Below the pieces are notes generated by a model. It saw only the letters and a list, made by a program, of their open reading frames with translations, was not told where the DNA came from and made no database searches. A program made the translations under genes and the position numbers. Source: Camelus ferus (taxonomy: Eukaryota). Taken from it: a stretch of 64,000 bases of DNA. Positions 1-10,700 of the stretch are shown piece by piece. The DNA is taken from assembly GCF_009834535.1 (NCBI RefSeq), contig NC_045697.1:54438001-54502000 (forward strand), in the 5' to 3' direction. The number at the start of each line of letters is the position of its first letter. Position 1 is the first letter of the stretch.

Positions 1-999
1 GAGTCCATCTTTGACTACTTTATCCAAAATTTTCTCCCTCCTCCTCCCCAAGTCTCTTTCCATCTCCTTATCGGTTTCAAATTTTCTTCATCATATTTAC
101 TATCTGATGTTATTTTTTCATTTATTTCCCACCTTTTTTGGCTTCCCACAATGAGATTGATGAAATCAGGGATCACTGTATTTCTATCACCTGATTATTG
201 TCTAGTCATTAGGTCCTAATGTTTATTTGGCATTCAATAAATGTTTAGGAAGGAAAGAAATAGGGAAAAGAAATTAGAGGGAGGGCCATAGAAATATGTC
301 ATAATTTGTGGGGTGGATGAAAGATATTTATATCTATTAGCTTTAGAATAAAGAGAACAGGCAGCAGATGAATCTAGTGCCAGAGCAGAATCTTGAAAGA
401 ATGGGACATAGACCAGTTCATTCTCAAGATTTTGTGGAAAAGGTACACAACTTGATCGAGAAACCTGAAGGATGACATCTGTGAGCAGCATGAAATTTCC
501 AGATATTTGGAGATGTGCAGTTTTGAAAGGAGAATGGAGAGGTACACATTCTTACTGTTTCGTAAGAACGGTGAAAGAGGAGTCAATGGAAAGAGCATCA
601 GATGAGAAGTTCTTAGACACATGTTCTAGTACTTAATCCGACAAAAGTCACTTACACTGACCCAAAGTTCCTGCCCCTCACACATAAACTGAAGAGGGCA
701 ACCTAGATGACATAATGTCATTAACAACTCTAAAAATCACATGATTCTATAAAATCCGTGATAAGTATTAGAAGTCCGAAATTATTTGTTAAACGTATAA
801 CGTCTTAAAATAAAATCCCAGACTAGAAATCGGAAGTTAACTTATTAATAGCCTTCGCTTTTTTTTAATTTATAAAATGAAAGGGTTTTTTCCCCTTCCT
901 ATACAACTCTTAAAGATTTTGATACGCAAACCCATCACTTCGCTGGCCACTGGAATCCTCTGGGTACCTTCAGCGCTTGGTTCCGTTTACAGGTACCAG

Positions 1000-1720
1000 A
1001 CCCCCGCCGCAGCGCTGCCGCTCACGGCGGCCACCTGCAGCAAAGCCGGCCCAACGGCCACACCCAAACCGGAAGCCAGGACGCCCCTGGGCTTGACGGG
1101 AAGGCAGGGCTCAGCAGCGCGCTCCCAGACCCGCCCCCTCCGGTGACGTCACCGCCCCTTGACCTCGCGGTCCCGCCCCCTTCCCTACCTCCCGGTAGCC
1201 AGCGGCGGCTGCGTCTCAGGAGACGATGGAGGGACCCCAGGCAGTGGCCGCACCTCAGGGACAAGAGGCGTCCTGCTCCTCTTGGGGAGCCGGCAGGTGA
1301 GAGGATGAGTGTGGGCGCGAAGAAGCAAGGCGTGGCGGGCAGGACCCCGGCGCCGGCTTTCTGCTTGTTCCCCTGTTTAGGCAGGGAGCGCGCGAGAGGC
1401 CTCGGGGCCGGGCGGAGCCGGCGCCGGGCGGCGAGGGGAGCGCGCGGGGTAGGTGTGGCGTCGTGGGCTCCGGCCTCTACTGCTCCCCGGTCAGCTGAGG
1501 AGAAGGTCCACTTTTCGCCCCTTTTGGCGCTTTCTCAGTACCAGTGGGGTCGGCCATCCTCCTTCCTCCCAGTCGCCGGACGTGGGGGGAGGGAGGGGCT
1601 CCCGCGGAGAGTTGTGGCCCGGGTCGCTTGGACTGAGCTTTCCAGCCCTGGTGCCAAACACCTTCTTCCTTCCTTTCGGTAAGTGAAAGCTAGGCGCTCC
1701 ACTGTGCGCGATCCTCCACT
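1000..1720. promoter_or_regulatory. UBA6: CpG-island promoter of UBA6
   Basis: GC- and CpG-rich stretch in an otherwise AT-rich window, spanning the start codon. ETS-type CCGGAAG at 1069-1075, CRE TGACGTCA at 1144-1151, GC boxes CCGCCC at 1131, 1152 and 1173. No obvious TATA box near the start. Confidence 0.9.
1226..1296 (+). CDS. UBA6: UBA6 exon 1 coding part (71 nt) [23 protein letters not shown](S)
   Basis: Strong Kozak acgATGG; donor AG|GTGAGA. Confidence 0.93.
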
Positions 1721-4700
1721 GGGATCCTCCTTTGAAAACTATTACCAGAGGGAACTTGTTAATAATGAATCAGTGGTAGTCAGGGCATCCTGAGGCTTCT
1801 GCTGACTACACTTAAAAAAAAAAATCTAGGAAAAAAACAGGAGTTACCCATTATTTCCCAATTGGTATTGAGGTTCTTTATGTCTTTTCCACTTCTGCAA
1901 AAATAGGGGGGAAGCGTTCCTGTATTTCCTGCTTCAATCATTTCATAATTAATAAAACGGATAGTTACATTCCGCTCACTACCAGAATACAGTACGCCTA
2001 AGATGGAAGTGAAGGATATGTGATTTTGAGCTAATGTGAGTGGTCACAAACCTGTAGCTTTTTCGCCAGCTTCAGACTGAAGGGATGCTTTTGGTACGAT
2101 GGTATTGCCTGCCACTGCCAACACTGCCAAATTTACTTGGATATATTACGTAATGCAAACAAAATCTCCCCCTTTTTAGAGCATTTTTATTGCTGTATAG
2201 ACCTTATTATAAAAACTATTTTTGAAACATTGCAGGAAATAGAACTTTCTGAAAAGTAAGTGCCAGTTGGTTGTGTCATTAAGTGACAGAACGGGTTAGA
2301 ATATAGCGTTTCTCATTTTTGCTTAAGAGTTTTACTCACTAGACTGTTGCCCTTCCTGCAAGGAAGACAGTTAGTGAAGGTGTAGTAGGGATAGGAATAC
2401 TGTGTAATATGAATTTTTGTTTATTTTCACATTTGTTACAATGCCAGAATATATTATGTATGTGTGTGTTCAAATAGATGATCTCTTAAACACAGCTATC
2501 TTCTGGTTTGCTTTCTTGATTGCAATCAGAAATAGTTCTCGTAGTTATCCATTTATTTAGCTAGGAGCTGGTACCATTTGATAATGCCAGCCAATGTTTA
2601 GTAAGAGAAATAATAGCATCTTGATTATATATTTTCAAATCCTTTGTCTATATAAGATATATACCAGGCCTAGAAAATTGGATTCCAGAACTGAATTTTG
2701 TGCTATTACATTGTTTTTAGAGTCTTGTAATTGATAATTATAGCTTCCCAAAACCTAGAATGGATTACACTTTCGCCAAAATGATACTGATCTTAGCTGT
2801 CACTGTGGCTGAGGTCCCAGGCTGGTTCCCTCTTTCCCAGAACCATCTCTTTTCCTGTGTTTACTTAGTATCATTTTTGTGTGTATGCCATGCTGTTAAA
2901 AAAAATTAGGATGAACTGATAATACCACTCTAAGTATATCTGTCACATTAGTATGCTTAACTTTTTTTAATTTAAAAAATTAATTTAAGAGTTTTGGGGG
3001 GGGGTGCTTTCTTTATGCCTCCTGTGAGAGGCGATAGACAGTATAGCATAGTTGTCAAGAGCCAAACTGATTAGATTGATGGCCCTGCCATTTACCTGCT
3101 GTGTGGCCATGGGAAGGTTATTTGTGTTAAATTCTCTGTCAGTCTCAGGTTTTTTCCTCTTTTCAATGAAGATAGTAATTGGGCTGTCTCATAGAGTTGT
3201 TGAAAGGATTAACTGAGTTAATACATTAAAGCACTTAAAATAACGTGTGGCACGGTGTTTGCTCTTGTTATTAAATGCCAGGTACCGTTTTAGGTATTTG
3301 GAATAAAGTAGTGAATTCCTAACAGATCATGCATTCTATAGTGAAAGGCAAATGGTAAATAGTTAATGATAAGTGATTTGAAGAAAATACAGCAGGTTAG
3401 GGAGCCACCTAAGAAGAAGGGGAATGATTTCATTGTGTTAACAAACCAAGTGTGGATCTGCTTACCTGATGCACAGCAAAGCCAATCTGCTGGTGCTGAG
3501 TTATGTGAAGGAAAGTACAGAGTTTATTGCAGGACTAAGCAAAGAGAATGGGCAGCTCATGCTCAAAAGTCCCAAACTCCTCACTGGTTTTCAGGGAAGG
3601 GTTTTTAAAGATAGTCTGAGGGGGTGCATTGTTGGGTGTGTGATCAGCTCAGTGCTCAGTTCTCTGATTGGTTGATAACAGCGTAATGTTTTTGGAATCT
3701 TCATTATCAGCTTTCTGGTTCCAGCTGATCTAGGATCTACCTGCCACTGGTCTGCATGCAGTTAACGTCTTCCACCTGGTGGGGATTTTAGTATCTGTGA
3801 AACAACTGGAGGATATGACTCGGAATGTTATCTATAGACCTTGAAGAGGGACTCAACGTCCTTGACTTTGTTATATGGCTAAACTATTATTATTTTGTCT
3901 TACTTGACTACTTTTCTTTTGTTGCTGCATTTTCTCACTTCTCTGATTAAATTTGCTTTTTGGAAATAGGGAGATGCCTAGGAGGCTAAAACTTTCTTGC
4001 AAATGAACAGGGAGCAGGAATCTGTCCCAGGGAAGGCCCCACAGAGTTCTGCTCAGTTTCAGTAGGGTGATCAGAAATGGTCTGTGTAATATTTGTGAAG
4101 CAACATTTTAATATTTTAATATTTAAATGATAAGAGCCAGCTATTCAGAGATCTGAGGGAAGAACATTCCAAGCAAAGGGAATAGTAAGTATAAAAACTG
4201 TAAAGTGATAACAAGCTTGACTTTTTAAGGAACAGTAGTAGGCCAGTGTGACTGAAGATAATGAGCAAGAGGAAGGGTTGTGGGAGTTGAGGTTGGAGAA
4301 GTAATTGGGAGACAGACATAAAGACCCTTTTAAGTATAGAAGGTGTTTTAATTTTGTTCTAAGTGTAAAGGAAACTTGCTGAAGGATAGTTCTAAGTCAG
4401 GGAGTAATGTCTCACTAGTTTCTAAAAGATTTAGGTTGTTAGATGGAAAGTCAACTGAAGGGGAAGGGCAATAGAAATAGAAGAGTTAAGCCCTTGAAGT
4501 AGTTCAGATGAGATATGATGGTTTGGTCTGAGACTGTACTGATTGAAATAGTGACAAGTAATCAGATTTGAGATCCCTTTTGAAGGTAGAACTAACCAGA
4601 CTCACAGATGGAGGAAATAAGGGAACAGGTTAAGAAGATCCCTGTATTACTGGCCTGAGCAAGTGAATAAATGGTGGTACCATTTACTTGGTGGTCGCAA

Positions 4701-7700
4701 GTGAGTTGGGAAAGACTGAGGAAGAAGAGACTAAATAAGGGGAATTAAATTCTGTTTGAGGCATGTTATGTTTGTGATACCAGTTAGACATCAGAATAGA
4801 GATATTGCTCTGGCAGATGTGCAAAATCTGAGGTCAGAGGAGAGATCAAACATGTAGAAATAAGCTTAGATATCATCAGTGTATGGTAAATTCCATGGAC
4901 TGAATGAAATTACCTAGGGAGAGTATGTATATTAAGGAAGGTTTATGGAACACAAACAAAATTATTAAAATAAATCTCCGTCAGAATATTTGTAGCAGTG
5001 ATAAAACCTGAGAATGAAACAACCATGGGTTCTAATTTTATAATACACACAGTGTGGGCAGTTAGTGAATTTAATTTCAACCTACTTTTTAAAAAAAATC
5101 TAAAGTGGTAGATACTAAAATATATATATGGTTTATAAAACCTCTTTTAGTACCTGATGAATCTGATCCTATGTATAATTGAATTTTACATTGGAGAATG
5201 TGAATATTGAATAACCATACTTGCACTTATAAGCTGTGTTTTCTTTTTTCAGTGGGAATACAAATTTGCCCATCATGCCAACAGAATCTGTGGAGATTGA
5301 TGATGCATTATACAGGTAAGAACCATAGGGAAACTGAACTTACTTTCCTCATTCATTGTTTTCAAGTAAAGGAGTAGTTTATTTAAAGACACCATTAGGC
5401 CTATCAGAATTTTAAAAACATATCCTGATTTCCTCTTAAGTTAAAAATTAGGGTTTCTGCAATTTTTTTTTAAACTGTAGGGTGGAAGCTTGAATAATAT
5501 TTAAATTTTGATTGCTTTGGATTGAGATGATATGGCTAAGAATGATTTTGCTATCCACTATAAAATATACCTCTTGTTTCTGGACAGGAGTATATATTTA
5601 TGTTCTTCATAGTGCAGGAGTCTCATGAACAACAATTCATTTCACTTTAGTTATACAGTAACATCTAGAGAATATGTTTACTTTAGTGTAATCTCTAACA
5701 ACATTGCATGTTTGCACTATATAGACAGTAGAGAAGTATTTTGTGATTGAAGAGCTGTGATTTGAATTTAGTGGGACTTTTTTAACATGTTTTTCATGAA
5801 ATGAAAATACTTTTTCCAAAATTAAAGAGAAGTTAAAAACACATACATTGCTATCATTCCTAGTAAATTTTTAAAATACTGTGAGATGTTTGCATGGAAG
5901 ACAGTATAATCTCAATTTAAAACTTTTTAGATTTCCTCTGTATATAATCATGAAAAAATAGATTTTATGTAGGTAGAATTTGGAACAATAGATTTATTAT
6001 GTACTTGAATTTCTTTTTATATTTTTTTATGTGGGATGTAGAGTCAATTTTGAGCACTTTAGAAGGAGCTAATATATATTACCTGGTATGTTGATTTCAA
6101 GTCCTGTTTTGTGCTGTATCCTTGGAAAAAGAGATAAAGACTAACTTGATTTTGCTTATGTGAAAATTATTTTACCATATGGTCTTCTGACTATAATTAT
6201 ACTTCAAAAGTCACCTTAATCTATAATTATGATGTTCTTAATGTCCTTCTGATCTGATTCTTGGGATAGTAAATGACAGCTCATTGAGATAGCTTTGGAT
6301 AATTTTTTTTCATTATTTGTTACAGTCCTCGAGAAACCTATAATGGCTGATTAATGAACATAATTTTCAGTAAATCAGAGATTAAACTTTCCATTGGCAG
6401 TGCTACATAAGTTGGCTTATAGTTCGCTTACAGTCAGTTTGCTTAACTGAAAGTTATAGAATATAGCAATTTAGGCATCATATATAGCAGTTCATATATG
6501 ATCATGTATTGCTTGATCATAAGGTAGTTCTATTTTTTATTTTTTAAGGAACCTCCATACTGTTTTCCATTGCAGCCGGACCATTTTATATTCCCACCAA
6601 CAGTGCACAAGGATTCCAATTTATCCATCCTTACCAACACTTGTTATTGTCTGGGGTTTTGTTTTATAATGGCCATCCTTTCAGGTGTGAAGCGATACAT
6701 CATGGTCTTGCATTTCCCTGACAATTAGTGGTGTTGAGCACCTTTTCATATTCCTCCTGGCCATTCGTGTGTTGTCTTTGGAGAAATATCTCTTCTAGTC
6801 CTTGCCCATTTTTTAATCAGGTTATTGGGATGGGGGAAGGAGAGAGATTGCTCTCGAATTGTAGTTTCTTACGTAATTTGGAGATTAACACCCTTTTCAG
6901 ATACATGGTTTGAAAATATTTTCTCCCACTTTGTAGTTTGCCTTTTCATTTTGTTGATTGTTTCTTTGCTGTGCAGAAACTTTAGTTTGAAGTAGTCTCA
7001 CTTGTTTATTTTTGCTTATATTGTTGTGCTTTTGGTGTCATATCCAGGAAATCTTTGCCACGCCCAATGTTAAAAAGCTTTTCCCCTATGTTTTCTTCTA
7101 GGAGTTTTATGGTTTCAGGTCTTACATCTAAGTCCTTAATGCATTTTGAGTTGATTTTGTGTATAATGTAAGATAAAGGTCTGATTTCATCTTTTCATCT
7201 TTTGCTTTTAGAAATCCAATTTTCCCAACACTATTTGTTAGTCTAAACCTACTTTTTCCTCTGAATGCACTGACCGTAATAGACTACTTCCTTACCAAAT
7301 GTAGTTTTTACTTTTACACCTCAATTGTCTTTTTCTTAGAGTGCCCTCTTGTGTTTCAAAAGCACCTTCTACTGACCTTTTAAGAATCACTCAGATGTCT
7401 ATTCTGATATCTTACCTGAGTTACTTCTAATCTTTCCTGTTCAGTCCTAAAGCAAATTATTCCTGTTGCTAATAAAGTACTCATCATATTGTCTCATAGT
7501 ATTTTTTTAACATTTTTTATTGATTTATAATCATTTTACAATGTTGTGTCAAATTCCAGTGTTCAGCACAATTTTTCAGTTATTCATGGACATATACACA
7601 CTCATTGTCACATTTTTTTCTCTCTGAGTTATCATAACATTTTGTGTATATTGTGTATAAGAGAAAGAAATAAAAGGGATCCAAATTGGAAAAGAAGAGG

Positions 7701-10700
7701 TAAAAGTGTCATTATATGCTGATGACATGTTACTATATATAGAAAACCCTAAAAGGTCCACACAAAAGCTACTAGAGCTGATTGAAGAATTCAGCAAGGT
7801 AGCACGTTACAAAATTAACGTTCAAAAATCAGTTGCATTTCTTTACACTAACGATAAATCAACAGAAGAAGAAAGTAAAGAAACAATCCCCTTTAAAATA
7901 GCACCCAAAGTAATAAAATATCTGGGAATAAATCTAACCAAGGAGGTGAAAGAATTATACACAGAAAACTATAAACCATTGATGAAGGAAATTAAAGAAG
8001 ACTTTAAAAAATGGAAAGATATTCCATGCTCTTGGATTGGAAGAATCAATATTGTTAAAATGGTCACACTGCCCAAGGCAATCTACAGATTTAATGCAAT
8101 CCCTATCCAATTACCCAGGACATATTTCACAGAACTAGAACAAATCATAATAAAATTTATATGGAACCATCAAAGACCTAGAATTGCCAAAGCATTACTG
8201 AAGAGAAAGAAAGAGGCTGGAGGAATAATTCTCCCAGACTTCAGACAATACTATAGAGCTACAGTCATCAAGACAGCATGGTATTGGTACCAAAACAGAC
8301 ATATAGACCAATGGAACAGAATAGAGAGCCCAGAAATGAACCCACAAACTTTTGGTCAACTCATCTTTGACAAAGGAGGCAAGAATATACAATGGAATAA
8401 AGACAGTCTCTTCAGCAAATGGTGTTGGGAAAACTGGACAGCAGCATGTAAAACAATGAAGCTAGAACACTCCCTTACACCATATACAAAAATCAACTCA
8501 AAATGGATTAAAGACTTAAACATAAGACAAGATACAATAACCTCCTAGAGGAAAACATAGGCAAAACATTATCTGACAAACATTTAAAAAATTTTCTCCT
8601 AGAAGAAATAAAAGCAAGAATAAACAAATGGGACCTAATGAAACTTACAAGCTTCTGCACAGCAAAGGAAACCAGAAATAAAACAAGAAGAAAACCTACG
8701 GAATGGGAGAAAATTTTTGCAAGTGAAACCGACAAAGGCTTGATCTCCAGAATATATAAGCAGCTCATACGACTCAATAAGAAAAAAATAAACAACCCAA
8801 TCCAAAAATGGGCAGAAGACCTAAACAAGCAATTCTCCAAGGAAGACATACAAATGATCAAAAAGCACATGAAAAAATGCTCCATATCACTAATTATCAG
8901 AGAAATGCAAATCAAAACTACAATGAGGTATCACCTCACACCAGTCAGAATGGCCGTCATTCAAAAATCCACAAATGACAAATGCTGGAGAGGCTGTGGA
9001 GAAAGGGGAACCCTCCTACACTGCTGGTGGGAATGCAGTTTGGTGCAGCCACTATGGAAAACAGTGTGGAGATTCCTCAAAAGACTAGGAATAGACTTAC
9101 CATATGACCCAGGAATCCCACTCCTGGGCTTGTATCCAGAAGGAAATCTACTTCAGGATGACACCTGCACCCCAATGTTCATAGCAGCACTATTTACAAT
9201 AGCCAAAACAAGGAAACAGCCTAAATGTCCATCAACAGGTGACTGGATAAAGAAGAGGTGGTATATTTATACAATGGAATACTACTCAGCCATAAAAACT
9301 GACAACATAATGCCATTTGCAGCAACATGGATGCTCCTGGAGAATGCCATTCTAAGTAAGCCAGAAAGAAAAAGAAAAATACCATATGAGATCGCTCATA
9401 TGTGGAATCTAAAAAACAAAAACAAAAACAAACAAACAAAAACAAAGCGTAAATAAAGGACAGAAATAGACTCACAGACAGAGAATACAGACTTGTGGTT
9501 ACCAGGGGGGTGGAGGGTGGGAAGGGATAGACTGGGATTTCAAAATTGTAGAATAGACTACACTGTATAGCACAGGGAAATATACTCATAGTATTTTTTT
9601 TAACATGTATGTCACCTCTGTTGGACTGTAAGTTTCTCCAAGCCAAGGAACGTGGCAAAGTGTCTAATTCTTAAGAGTCTCATTAAATGATTATTAAATG
9701 ACTAGAATAAGACAGAGGGTTCAGCTGGACTTGTGGTCTGGAACCTAAGATTGTTGACAGTTCAGTGGGTGGGCGGGATCCAAAACTGAAAGAATCAAGA
9801 GATATGACAGAGAAGTCTGGAAAAGGTGCATATGGTACTTACGTTAGGAGATACTGATATTGAGAGAGTACTTACACATTTCATCCTAAAACAAAACCAG
9901 TATGAGGACAAGGTGCAGCATCTGCTGGAGTCTGAAATGAGGCTGCTACAGTGTAACAGTCTTACATCTGGAAAATTTTGTCAGATGGAAGGATAGACAA
10001 ACAGAAAATTTATTTTTTCTCTGGAATTGGGGCATTTTGAGCAAATGAACATCTTTTAACAGACCAGATACACATAAATTCATTTTTACCTAAAAGTTAA
10101 AGAAAATATGTAACTTTTTGGCATCTTATATGTTGATATTTGTAAGGTCAATACTTTAAATATTGTTTATTTCTTCCTAGATAACTAAAATTAAAATTTG
10201 GTTAATGTTTACTAGGTATACAGGTTTTCCCCAGATACTAATAACTGAGTCTCAGCCTATAATTATTTGTAGACAGTTAGGCCTTCCTGTAAAACTAAAA
10301 CTCTCTAAATCTAGAAATCTTGAATTTTTACTAAGTTTCTGATATTTGTATATATATTTAGGTAGGAAATATTTTTAGAGCAGTTTTAATGCCTACCTTA
10401 ACAGTTTCTTTCTAAATCTATCTCACTTTTTTCTTATTACTCAATCTTAAATCACCTCGTAGTTACTAATCAACTAAATCTGAAATTACTTTCAGAATCT
10501 AAAGGTTTTTGGTTTTGTTTTTTTTTTTTTCGCCGGGGGGACCACTCTGAACAGCATTCTAAGCACCTATCTATTTATTTTTATTGCTGGCAAATTGTTG
10601 AGTGAGTTAGACTTGAGCCAGTTCTGTAGATCTGCCCATTTCTTTCCTTCTGAAGATATTCCCAAGCCTGCTTATCACAAGATTTATCTGAAGAAATGGA

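Noticed and set aside
877..1264. ORFs 877..1146 (+) and 1022..1264 (-) as small genes
   Set aside because: Typical stop-poor CpG-island frames with no recognisable domain.
7706..9456. Two long ORFs (280 and 272 aa) with a reverse-transcriptase YADD motif as a novel nested gene or RT system
   Set aside because: They are frameshifted pieces of L1 ORF2 lacking the endonuclease, the N-terminal RT region, ORF1 and a promoter, so the element is not autonomous.
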